NCBI GenBank assembly: GCA_012295275.1
Contig: CM022673.1
Span: 15,872,001 to 15,936,000 of the forward strand
Length of the DNA: 64,000 nucleotides
Origin: Chrysomallon squamiferum
Lineage: Eukaryota > Animalia > Mollusca
Reading direction: 5' to 3'
Positions 26,455 through 39,826 of the stretch are shown here, piece after piece. Within the stretch, counting starts at the first letter, position 1. Every line of letters starts with the position of its first letter. The notes beneath the pieces were generated by a model. It saw only the letters and a program-made list of their open reading frames with translations. It made no database searches and had not been told where the DNA came from. A program made the translations under genes and the position numbers.

Positions 26455-29400
26455 TCCATATTTAGTCAAAACTGTCAGTATTAAATATATATTGCTAATG
26501 AGAATAATAGTCTGTACATAAAAGATTTTTATGGTAAAGTCAAACCATTTGTGTATGCTTGGTTTATCATTATGAAAAAAAGACCTCCATGAATTCATCC
26601 ATTTACATTTATTTTAGTCGAAGATTGGCAGAAGAATCTGTTTTGTTTTCAAAAATGAAAATTGAATTTTTATTTCATTTTATTTTGTTTTTAATTAAAA
26701 CAAAATTTTTTAGGAAATTTTATTTCTCATTTCAACAATAAATTAGATTAGTAACTGAATGTATTTTGATAAATAATTTTTTTTGTAATTCATTTATTTT
26801 TTATTTATTTCTGTACTTAAATTAGAACCACCTACTGGAATTTTTGTTACTGAAACAAATTTATAATTTAATAGAACTTAAGAATTTTTATTAGTCATAA
26901 TATCTAATATTAATTCTAAAGTTTGTTGAATGAAACAAAACAGAAATTAAATATATATGGGTATCCTTCATTTTAGATAGGGCAGTGTCATAGTGGTTAC
27001 GTTTAAACAAGTTTTATTACAAAGAGTAAAATGTCAGCAAAAAGAAATGAAAAGCCCAGATTGGGTGAACCCAATCCAGCCTCTCAGATCTGCATATATA
27101 TAAAATATCTGCATCTCATAGAGAAATGAACTTCAAAATTTTATATATAAATCACATTCAGAAAAAATACTAAAGTATTATTAATATTAAAGTAGAAATA
27201 TTGAAACAAAATTAACCAAAAATATAAAAGTAATGTTATTATGCTTCAGATATTATTTTAAATCATTTAGATTACAATTTTATAGATGTCGGGGTTTTTG
27301 TCTGCCCATCAATTTAGTTTATTTAATATAAAAACATTGTTTTATCATCCTTCATGGTAATAATTTTGATAAATATAAATCGTATTTTAATGGTTTTATT
27401 GTGTTTTGTGTTTAATACATGTCATATCTGAAATATTTTATTGCATAGTCCCATTTTATTTGTTTAAAACATAATCAGTCAAAATGTTTAATTTTCTCCA
27501 AATTTCTAAATATCTATGTTGCTATTTCACACAGAAATAAAATGTATTTTTGTACAAAATTACAGAAAAATAATGCTAAGTTTTAATAGTTATTTATTCT
27601 TCCGTCCAAAATATAAAAACACATTTATTTGTTTTATTTTTTATTATTATTTATTTATTTTTATTTAATTTTTTTTAAATAGTGTAGTTTGATTCCCGAT
27701 AAAATTTAAATCACATGGTATCAATTTTCTAACTCACTGCCAGAAGATCAGTAACTTATGTTGACAAAAAAGGAGAGAAAGTTGTTTACCATTTGATATC
27801 TTTTATTTACTGTGTATTATTTCTATTGAAAGAAATAATGAGATAATAGTGTACATGAAATTAAAACAGGCCTTTATTTGTCTTGCTTACATCTTTATTA
27901 TTATCAAAAATTACCTCTTTTTTTCAACTGACTAATTTGGTTTTTGGTGGAATATTCTCAGCTTTAGGTACAGTACAGAAATTAGTTTCTCTGTATATAA
28001 CAGTTTCATTTTTTAAGGTTAATAAATGTTAGTAAAAAAAAAAAAAAAAAAAACTGCCAAGAATGTTTCAGAAAGAAAGATGATCCTTTGAAACAAAAGC
28101 CTACTCTTTTATCACTACTAAAACAGAAAAAAAAAAATTATAATCATTACAACGACTGTATTATTTTTTTCTATCTCAGTTTTCTTGTAAAATTCAATAC
28201 TCATCAAAAATAAACAGGGCTGTATATTTATGAGTTCAGGTTCAACGATTTTCTCTTCCACACCAGCTGTTTCACACTCTGTAAGATTGGGATAATAGCA
28301 TTTGTATAATGCCTGATATGTTAATTCAGTTGTCATTATTACATTATCTACAGACATAAGTAAAATTATGTATGCTTTTATTACATTCAGCTGTGAGTAT
28401 TATAACTTGATCTTATTTTTGTCTGACACTTTTTATTTTGTTGAATGTCACTGATATTATTTCAAGTTCTTAATTATACTGCATTCATTTGTGTTAAGTG
28501 TCATAATGAATCATGCTTCTTTTAATCTGATATTTTATTACATCTTGATTCTTGCTGTTATATTATCTAAAATGTACATATGTCCATATATTATGTTAAA
28601 GTATGTTATCTAACTAACCTGTGTTTGTCCACTTTGTGAGTTTTATGAGAATTTTAATTCCACTCTGTACTATGGGTCAATAAATACAGTTTATCTGTAG
28701 ATGTATACATATGTTAATTTGTTATAACATCTGTCACAGTGACTTGCATCAACATCCACTGAACAGCACAAAAACTGGATTATATTAAATATGTTTCTAA
28801 ATTTAAGATTAACAAACATTTTACATCTGTGATAAATTTTATCAGTTTTGCATCTGACAAATTACTGAATATATTCTGACACAAATACTGATGTCCTCTG
28901 AATAAGTATCAAAAAAAATTATACACAAATTAACAGTTAATCTGTCAATTAGTAATATGGAGTGGAGTTTTGTTTCATGTTTTTGTTGTCTTTTTTGCAG
29001 GGATGTTTTTTATTATTATTATTATTTTGCATGTATTGTTGCTATTTTGGCATAATTTGTCCAATACTATTTTAAAATTTTACTTTTCTCCCAGATTTCT
29101 CTAAACTGTATTAAACAATATTTGTATTACACTACATGACACCTATCAAGGTTTTTAGCTACACAATGCTGTAGATATACAAAAATGTTTTATGATGGTT
29201 TGTTTTGTTTTATATATTTTTATATGTGAAACGTATGTATTTTTAAATTTTTACATCATATCTGCAAGAAATACTGTAGAACAGTCAACAGTGTTAGATA
29301 AATAAATAACAATACTGTACAACCTACATATACTTACAACTTCTGTTATTTATGTGAAATGTTTATCTATCTCATTGTTGACGGTCAGCCTGTTTGACAA

Positions 29401-29818
29401 ATCAGCTTTGGACAATTATTTATTATTATTTCTTTTCTTTTTTTTAATGTATATAATGTTATTTAACCTTAGAGACAATGGTTGATGGTAATTGTAGTGA
29501 AAATACCAAAATACATTTGTTCAAAAATCTCAGGATTTTTCATGTTACAAACTGCTATTTTTATTTTATGTGTTTATTTATTTATTTATTTACTCTTTTT
29601 TATTATTATAATTATTATTTATTATTCTTTATTTTTTTGTATTCCCCTCTAGTTTATTTTTGTGTAAATAATTATAGACCATTATAAAAATGTTAATATA
29701 GTTTTATGTTTCTTTTGATTTTAATTGCTTCTAGCCACAGTGAATTAAAGTGTACATTTTTATATGCTGCTTATATATTTTAATTTCTTTTTTTTCTTTC
29801 TTCTTCTTCTTCTTCTTG

Positions 29819-29877
<59 letters not shown>

Positions 29878-30203
29878 ATTATTATTATTATTATTATTAT
29901 TGTCACATCAGGTTCTCAGGCGTAATGTTATAACTGGTACTCCATATTCTAGTTTATCATTAGACTGAGACAGAGAAATAAAATTTTTAAATAATGTCAT
30001 ATGTAATTAAAAACCAAGCATAGTGACTACAGATTCATAACTTCTTGTATTCTAAATTTGTCTTTTTTTTTTAAATTTTTGTTGGGTTTTTAGGGGGTTG
30101 TGTGTGGGTGAATGAAAATATAAAACATATCTGTATGTTGTTCATACTTCTGAAAAAGAAGACTCATTTTTAGTGTTTTATCATAACAAATTATATTCCA
30201 CTG

Positions 30204-30390
30204 TTCATAAATTTTGTGACAAAAAGATTCCATGCTTGTAAATTTTAAGCACTAAAAGATTCATATTTTATAAAATTAAAACACTAAAAGATCTGTTTTT
30301 TCATAAATTTCAGTCACAAAAAGATCCACCTTTCATAAATTTCAGTTACTAGAAGATTAATTTTTTTAATAACTTCAATCAGTAATAGAA
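30204..30390. repeat. Degenerate ~32-bp minisatellite, about 6 copies
   Basis: Recurrent TTCATAAATTT....AC(T/A)AAAAGAT units. Confidence 0.6.
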
Positions 30391-31916
30391 AATGACTGCA
30401 GGAATAAAAATATTAAAGTAACTTTTACTGATATAAATATATCTTTATATTCAGCCATTATAAAGTAATCATCATTTAAATTCCACTTTCTCTAATAATA
30501 CATTTTTGTTTTTGTTTTTTATTTTTTGTATGTCATAGCTTTGGTCACCTAAAGATGTTGGTGAAAGAAATAGCTTATCCCAAAAATAAAAACATAATTT
30601 TTAAGAAACTTTGATTAAAATAAACATAACTTTGTTAAAATTCAAAGAATATATAGATAACCATTTTAACAGATATTTTATGTAATTATTGGTTTATTTA
30701 CAGTGACATTTGTTGTTGTTTTTTTGTTTTGTTGTTTAGAAATGTTTGATATGTCTCAAATTACACAAATGTAATTTTCAGTTTATATTTGGAGAGATAT
30801 AATTTTATATATGTTAATGTATGAATGCTTTTTTAATATTTCTTTCTGGATCAGTTCAGTACATATGTTTGAAAATATTCATAACAATGACATATTTTAA
30901 TATAACTTTGTTTTAAATTCATGATGAACGAATGTTTTTTGACATTTTAGTTGGTGGGTACACACTGTATTGTTACACCATTGTGTTCAGTTTCTTTCTG
31001 ACCTGGACTGGAAAAATATCAGATGGTCACATTGTGGTCAAAGTTTAATTTTGAAGATTAAAACTTTTATTTTGTGATTACAGTACAATAATAAAGAAAT
31101 AAATTTGAATCATCAGTGGTAGCAGTGATTAGTTTGAGATGTTTTGTTTTCTTTTTTCTGAAATTAGTAAAAATGTGACCAGCTGAGTTTATCCAGACCA
31201 TGGCAGATTTCATCAGATACCTTGTAAGTGATTACAGGATGTGCTGTGTTGAATTGTTTCAATAAATTGTGCAATATAAATTATCTGTCTCTTTACTTGT
31301 GCCAACAAAAAATTGGCATTTTTTTTTTTTTTTTTTTAATTAAGGGCTTCCATTTGAAGATGTAATTTTGAGAATATTTTCACTAGAAATGAACTAGATT
31401 TTCATGCTTACAAATCAGTGTTAAGAGAGAGAACTCTACAACTATTGTCTCTAAATATGATTACGTTCTATAAAAAGATTTCTAAATTTTTTAATAATTC
31501 TTTTATTGATTGATTTGTTTTAAGGGAGGGTCTATTTTCTTTCTTTCTTTTTTCATTTTACTCCTTTTTTATTTGTGATGAAATTATTAAAAGCTAATTT
31601 TCATTTCTCCACTTGGAATCACAAAAAGATCTTTTTTAAAACAATTATTCTTTGTTGTTTTAAGCATGTCCGATTTTGTTCCATAATAAATATTTTATTA
31701 ATTTAAACAACTGAATTACATCCTTGTATGTGAATTATTCAAACTGCTTGTTGCTGGGTGCTGCATTATTATAATGTTTTTCTTTTCTTTTATAAATAAA
31801 TATAATTGTTTCTACATGTGAGTTCTTCTGGTTATGGTATGTACATTTTTATGAAACTATCTGAAGAATAGCTATGTTTTGCTTATGAAAGATAATATGT
31901 TTTATTTAAGTCAGCT

Positions 31917-31993
<77 letters not shown>

Positions 31994-32150
31994 AAATAAA
32001 ATAACTGTTGTTGTCGTTGTCCTGTTTGCTGCTGACACAAATATAATGAAATGAAACAAATTCATAAATAACTAAAATATATATATAAATAAATTGATTA
32101 ATAATAATAAGTAAATATAATTACAGGTAATCAACAACCATTTTTTCCTT

Positions 32151-32185
<35 letters not shown>

Positions 32186-32296
32186 ATTCTCATTCACTCT
32201 CTGTCCGCGCGCTCATGTATACATAAATATATAAAAATAAGGGTAAAAAATAATTAAAAGATTAATAATCACAGGTAAACCGGAAATCTTATTTAA

Positions 32297-32310
32297 GTTG
32301 ACATGGTAAC
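32297..32310. promoter_or_regulatory. RFX X-box-like element
   Basis: GTTGACATGGTAAC, one mismatch from GTTGCCATGGTAAC, ~240 bp upstream of the ATG at 32549. A CRE-like TGACGTC lies at ~32375. Confidence 0.55.
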
Positions 32311-32548
32311 TATGACTTCCACACACAATCTCAAGTGATCATCTATTATCTCTTTACATCATATCGTCTTTTGATGACGTCGCAAGAAATGGGCGAGTGG
32401 AAAACAAAAGTACAACTTAAACATTATTGGTACGTCATAATGAATGACAGATATGTAATAAAAACATCTACAGTCCGACATGGAAAGAATTCCCTTTAGA
32501 ATGTTTTCAGTTCTGACTGGATTCCTTTAAGAAATTACAGATTTCAAA

Positions 32549-33020
32549 ATGAGTAGAATAGAAAAATATTTCTGTAGCGAATATGAGTGGGAATGCTACA
32601 AATGTCAGCTATGTGGAAGGTAAACTATTTTTATTATTATTATTGTTGTTGTTTACTACTATTATTGTTACCTTTATCATTTTCTTCGTCGTTCGTTATA
32701 TGTTACAGACATCGTTTCCCCTTCTTTTTCTTTCTATGCAGTTGATTTACACTGTAAAAAGAAAAAGAAGTGAACTGATTACTGAGTCAGTAGTATTTAT
32801 GTATATATTCTGACATTTTCTATAATATTTGTAATATTACTAGACTAATAATGCAAAACTTTATATGTATAGATGTTTTTTGTGCGTGTGTGTGTATTGA
32901 TGTATTTATGACATAAAAGAAAAAAACATTTCTGGCACTGTTTTCTTCCTTTCTTTCTTTTCTTCCTTTCATTGTTGTTGTTGTTGTTGTTGTTTTAATT
33001 TTTTATATTTCTCTTTTATT

Positions 33021-33052
<32 letters not shown>

Positions 33053-35263
33053 ATAAAAACAGATTTGGACAACATCCAGATTTTGAGAAAATCAAAGCCT
33101 TCTAACTAGTGATTTTAAAATTTAAAGATCTAGTTTTACATTTTACTGTTGTTATACATCTTAGTAAATAACAGTATTGTAATTTCACTGTCAACGTACA
33201 AGACATATTGTCCTCATACTATGTAAAAGTAATATAGAATTTCTATAACACGGATAAATGTTTGATATCTCAAAATAACTGTACACTAGCGGCATGAATT
33301 GAATGAACTATTCTTATTTCGGACGTGGCTTATCAAATTTAACCAAGCAAAATAATTAATTAGAAAGACAAACTAAACAATCTAGAAATAAATTACCACT
33401 AACAAAGGAAAACAAAAACAAACAAAAAATAAAATAAAAAGTAACAACGTACAAATTATATAACCTGTTTAGATAAGAAAGATCAGGTCGCCATAAAATA
33501 TGTTTTCTTGCTGATCTTTGAGTTTGTGTGTGCTTGTGTCAATATACGAGTGTGTTTGTGTGCGTACATACAGACAGACATACACACATACACACATACA
33601 CACACATACATACATATAAATATAAACTTTAAATAATTTCTAAATGCGTGAAACCTTCATGAAATAAAGTTATTGTATATAAACAGGGGCAATGAACCTT
33701 CGATATATATAAATAGTTGTATTGGCATTGGTAAGCAATTACCATGGAGTACTAGTAATATTTAAACACGTCAAAAAAAAAAAAACGAAATTTAAGAATA
33801 AATTAATCTTTAAAGTTTTTTGCATTACTGCATTTACAAACAAAATGAGTTCATTTCCCAAATATTCGGTATTTCCAATAACGATCAGATTGATACAAAT
33901 TTAATAATGTAAAACTTTATGTCAAACACGTTGTGTATCAATATTATTATAAGTCGAGCCGTTTTATCGTTAATCCGTCGCCAGATTTCACCTCAGAACC
34001 ATGGATTAAATGAGTTTTCCGACGTTAAAAAAAAAAAAAAAAAAAAAAAGTTTTTTTCTTTTCTTTTCTTTTCTTTTATTTTTTTCTGGCGCATGATATA
34101 TTTGGATGTCAGTCAAAATAATAAAGAATAAGTTTGTCTAATAAGCAAACAAAACACATTACAGAGACGTGTTCAGAAAGGTATGTAGTGAAAAAATAAT
34201 AACTTTCTTATATGTAATCGTACACGCTGAGAAATCGCTGTGCAGTGCAGGTAAAGATTTTTAGTGTTTTATCACTCTGTGTTACAGTTAACGGTACATG
34301 CTGAGAAGTAACGGTGTTTTACAGGTAACGTATTCAGCTAGAAATATCAATACATTAGTGGCAATTGTGAAAAATCATCAGTAGAAAATTGTGTATACAG
34401 TAAAGACTCTAATTGTTTTACCTGTAATGCTGATTACAAGATCATTATGTATTGTAATGGGGAATATTAAAACAAGTGAGTTAATTTGTAGTAAGAAATC
34501 GTATAGTTTCGTCTGCAATGTCGTCTGTAAACAGTATAAATTTTACAGTTTATGGTGTATAAATACAAACGAACTTTCATGTATTGTGAAACGGTGTACT
34601 GAAGAGAAAAGTATGAAGCGGAAACTCACAATTAACTGTATGTAATTACATTGAACAATCATGTGTAGTGTAATACGATATTCAACGGGAAATCACAAGC
34701 AAATTTACACAGTGTGAAATAAACTGGATTATTTGTATTGGTAATGAAGAAATCAAAGTGTATTTATCATATATAATAATGGAATATGACAATATATTTC
34801 AAACAATGACATGTATTCAAACTCACTCTGTTACGGTAATTGGAAAAATCACTGTTTTGTAGACAAATGTATGTAGTGGGAATTCATGATTAGTATAAGT
34901 AACAGACTGCACAGGGGAATCTATAGACATTTTAAAACTACTGAACATATATATATAATTATAATATCGTTTAATGTGACTTAACCATGACAAACATTTC
35001 GAAACTTACAGAAAAGTGTGTTTATACAGACAAAGTGATTGACCCCAGTTTCTGTAACAGTTGACTGTACTGCACAGAAAAAGCAGCACTTGAGTCAAGA
35101 GAAGATTAATTCTCTGTGTAGTGACATATCCCGTTCCAATTTATTTATGTGATTTATGAAAAATATGGCGTTTTATTATTATTATTTTTTTAATCAGTTT
35201 ATATTAAATACATAAGCAGTTTTGATTTTAAAAAAAAAATGATATAATTTTTGTTGTTGCTGC

Positions 35264-35314
<51 letters not shown>

Positions 35315-35698
35315 ATAGCTTGACGTGTCGTCAACCAAGATTCATTTACTTATTCATTTGATAAATTCTCTGATTTATTAATTTATTTCAAATAATTATA
35401 TTTTTATTCTTTATATACAGGTTACACAAGAGAGACGAAGAAGAAGAATATTCAGATCATTTATGTCAGTTTCGCACGTGCCCCTGGCATCGACGCGACA
35501 TTATGCTGGCAGGCATCGATATTAACCCTTTGACCAATCAGATCGCTGTTCAGTACGTATAAACAACAAATACGACTATATCGCGTTTCACCAAGTCGAT
35601 TATCGATATTAATGTAAATACTGGTAACCATATTAAAATGTTGTTTAATAAACAGTCTTCTTAAAAAATAATGTGTTTATTACACTGATGATTATACA

Positions 35699-35729
<31 letters not shown>

Positions 35730-36656
35730 ACGTTGACTATGATTATGGTTTTTGACATCCATATTAAAATATAATAAAATTATATATTTTACAAATATCT
35801 CATTTAACTCGCATAAATGTTTTTCAAAAATCGAAAGATAAAGACATGATTAGAATGTTTTTATGTGTATTAAAATAAAAAAATAATGTCTTATCAGATC
35901 AGTCCGATGTCCGTACCACCTGTGTCCGTATCGTCATTTCAAATGGCACGTTGCTGAAACGACGTCACCGGCTGTAGATGAATGTTTTGGTTACCCGCGT
36001 GTGGGACTGCCACCAATAGAGTAAGTGATAAACAGGGAACTGGGAAAACACACACACACACACACACTAACTGGTTGCGGTCTTATGATATCATATTTAT
36101 ACTGTAAAGGTTAGAATGATCAGATTCAATGAGGCTTTGCTGAGCGACACTGGGCATTCCACCAGAGTCGAACATTTATAATTTTCATATATTTTTCTCT
36201 GTATGTGTGTGTGGTGCATGAGTTTCATAAAATTAAAATTTGAAATCAAATTACGGCAAAATTTAAGTTAAATTAAATTTGTATTTTTCCAAATCAGAAC
36301 ATTTTTATTTATTTATTTATTTATTTATATTAAATATCAACTTAATTAATTTTGGTTTAAAATTCTGTGTACAAATGAAGGAAAGTTACATTCAAAATTA
36401 AGCCAGTCATATTGGAAATAAATATACAGTTTTTTAGTTTCTTCTTGCAGTTCAAAGAAAGAAAACAAAATGTTCATACATCATGACAGCGTTTTTGATG
36501 TAAGTTTTTTATTACTATTTTTTTATTATTATTATTATTATTTATGTATTATTATTCTTATCATAACCATCATCGTCATCATCATCATCTTTGTCGTTGT
36601 TACTGGTTTTATGATTATTATAATTACCACCATTACCATCATCATCATCTTATTTT

Positions 36657-36698
<42 letters not shown>

Positions 36699-38067
36699 TA
36701 ATTTGTATTACTTTTATTACTACGACTAATACTACTACTACTACTATTACTTGGGATCTTTATATTGATCTGTTTTCGTCATAATTACTCTTAATTATGG
36801 CCCATTGCAGAGAATCCCCACAATTGTTACGTCCATCATTAATATCGTATGTCTTTCTCACTTTGAGAAGAATCATGACAAAAATCATTTTCTTGTGGTC
36901 AGTTTTCATTTCCCAAAATTAATATAAAATAAAACGAGAATAAAAATTGTCTATTAAAATTTAATACTACCAATCGTTTGTTAAACGACGATATTTAATA
37001 TTGTGTTAATAGTTGTTATTTCTGGCATTTTTTTTAAATCCAAGATCAAAGAACAATGAGCTGTTACGCCATTAGTATTACATGAGTTACTTTTCACGCA
37101 TGATTGCGTAACCAGACATAATACCTTGTATATGATAGCCTTGTATATGTAATCTTGCCAAATTTTCTTATCTAATTAACATACCTATTATTTGTTTACC
37201 ATTAATATTCGACAGGTGTATTCTATTGTATTGATTGTTATTGAAATTCTGTTGTCCGCCATTTTAATATTGGAAATAAAAATATAAGATTGCTTCCATC
37301 AGGCGTTACAATACATCAAGCAGTTATTTAAAACCTGATATTATTTCTAAGTAGAAAGTCAATTAATAGTTTATTTTATGGGGAATATTCCATGAAATTC
37401 TCCTTTACTCAAATGTTTTTTTTTTTTTTTTTTTTTTAAATTAAAACAATACAAGACGCTTGTACTGAAAAATTTAGACTATGGGCGTTTCACGACGATT
37501 GAGCGCTTGCTCCATCCTACCCCGCTGCTGCTATTGCTACTACTACTACTACTGCTACTACTACTACTACCATTACTCTTACTGTTACTTCTGCTGATAC
37601 TGCTTCTACTATTACTACTAATAATAAAGAAGAAAGCTTAGTGTTTTATCTGTTTGTTTGGATGTGAGGTATATGGGGTTATTTTTGGTTATCTTCTGTT
37701 TCGAGTCTTCTTCTTCTTCTTCTTCTTCTTCGTATTACTGTTGTTGTTGTTTGTTATTCTTTTTATTTCATGTATCAAAATTGTTTTATTATTTTTTCAG
37801 GATCCTGCTAGAAACGTTACATCTCATTTCCTGGTTCATCCAGACTGGCTATCGGAAAAAATCAATCCACCGAAAATCCTTCCTCTGAAGAGAAAACCTT
37901 GGCCCTGGGAACAGTCCAGACATCGCATGAACTTGCAGATTCCAATCACGTATGACTACCCGAAATCCGCCGACGCCAACAGAGATCCCTGCGTCCCAAT
38001 TCTTCCTTACACCCCTCCCAAAGCCACCTGTGAAGATCTGAAAAGAAAATGGGCAGTACACTTTTAA
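32549..38067 (+). CDS. Uncharacterised 213-aa protein with a Cys/His-rich N-terminal half and Pro-rich C-terminus; 5 exons
   Basis: Exons 32549-32619, 35421-35552, 35898-36020, 36451-36499, 37801-38067; all GT-AG, phases 2,2,2,0 match, 642 nt with no internal stop: MSRIEKYFCSEYEWECYKCQLCGRLHKRDEEEEYSDHLCQFRTCPWHRR...RCPYHLCPYRHFKWH...GLPPID...HFLVHPDWLSE...KRKWAVHF. Confidence 0.78.
34160..34930. repeat. Highly degenerate intronic tandem repeat
   Basis: Recurring GAAATCA..GTG(T/C)..(A)GGTAA-like units at roughly 40-bp spacing. Confidence 0.4.
36096..36173 (-). repeat. Dispersed repeat fragment (possible tRNA-derived SINE)
   Basis: Homologous to 3979-4043; begins with a B-box-like GTTCGACTC on the minus strand. 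Confidence 0.5.
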
Positions 38068-38561
38068 AGATGGCTTCGACTCTGGTTGGTCAATAAACTA
38101 CAGGACTGTTAAATATTTGATGAATAATTTATACACATTAGTCAATTGAATAAATTAGATGAGTAACAGAAACAATATGTAGTTTAACAGATAATTAAAA
38201 TTTATGTATTTTGAATACCAAATTTATATTCTCTCAAGTAAAGATTAAATTATGTTGTTAACAGGAACTGAAATCTTTTATTTGAGAAGGTTTGTGTTGG
38301 TTTGTTTAATATTAATCGTGTGAGATTTAGACGTGAAATAAAACAAAAATTAAAAAATTAGTTGAAGTTTTTAAAGTGATCAGATATATCCGATTTTATG
38401 GTTTATTAAGGTATTTGATGGATCAGATTTGTTTGTATGTCTAATTATGAAAGTGCAGGATTTTCGTACTGTATATTAATGCTTTGTTTTAAAAATAAAA
38501 CATTATTTAATTTATGATATTTGTTTGTTCTTTGTGTTTTTAGGAAAAATTGTCTTAAAAA

Positions 38562-38602
<41 letters not shown>

Positions 38603-38725
38603 TAATAAAAAATAAAAATGCAGACCATCTGTAAAAAATGTGTATAATATACAAATGGGTTTTGTATTTATATTCCAAGGTGTAGAGGTGTTTCAAAAAT
38701 GCTATCTGTGATCTGTGTGTGTGTG

Positions 38726-38770
<45 letters not shown>

Positions 38771-39043
38771 TTGTGTTCAGAAGCAGACTGACCTATCACT
38801 TTAGAAATAACTGGAAAAATAAATTCTAAACAAAACAAAAAAACCCAACAAACTAATGCGTAGATTCTGAGCAGATTTTAAAAAGGATTCAAACGTCTCC
38901 TTTTATTTAATACCTTTTCTTTTTCTTTCTTTCTTTCGCTTTTTTTTGTTGTTGTTGTTGTTGTTATTGTTTTTTGTTTAATTTTTATTATCGTTGTCGT
39001 TATCAGAGATGGATTATGCTTTAGGTAATACGTATATGTTTAT

Positions 39044-39169
<126 letters not shown>

Positions 39170-39629
39170 TATTGTGAACTGTCTGAAACGAATGTTTACG
39201 TCAGTGCAACATAATGTGGTTAATTGCTTTAATCATATATCAGCAGCATGTTCGGCTGCAGTGTTGTCATACGTGTCCTGAATTTCAAAGCGAATGCACC
39301 AAGGACCGTAGGCAATCAACGTCAGTGTCACTGTGCAACTTCATAATGCATAAATAAGGGGACGAGAGAGTACATAATATTTGGACATATTTTTTATTTA
39401 CTTATTTTTATTTAGTTAGTTTATTATTCCATTATATATATTTTGACGTTTTTAAACTCTTTAGAGTATATTAATAATTAAAACTTTTTTACTTGTCTTA
39501 TAATACTGATAATATTAATTTACTATATAAATATCAGTTTCCAAATGTATTCGCTTCTAAGTTTCTTTGGAATAAAACAGAATATACTACTTACAGACAA
39601 CTGCATTCGTGATGTTTATTTACCTCCCA

Positions 39630-39725
39630 TGCACGTGGCTAATTAGGATGTTTTACCCATAAGCCAAAGCGACCAGGTCATGCGCAAATCATTTGACTGA
39701 CGTCATCACTTTAGACGGAAACACG
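39630..39725 (+). promoter_or_regulatory. ILRUN proximal promoter motifs
   Basis: CACGTG E-box at ~39632, full palindromic CRE TGACGTCA at 39698-39705 and CGGAA at ~39716, all within 200 bp of the ATG. Confidence 0.5.
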
Positions 39726-39826
39726 TTTGGAAAATGTCGTCGAAATTTGTATATATATGAAAAAAACTGTCATGTTTTAGCTATGTCATCTCCTTAAAAT
39801 TAATTACAGTGTTTAGTTTAAGGAAT

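Noticed and set aside
32583-32813. ORF-track protein MSGNATNVSYVEG...
   Set aside because: Wrong frame: splicing it to 35421 meets a stop, whereas the frame from ATG 32549 stays open through five exons.
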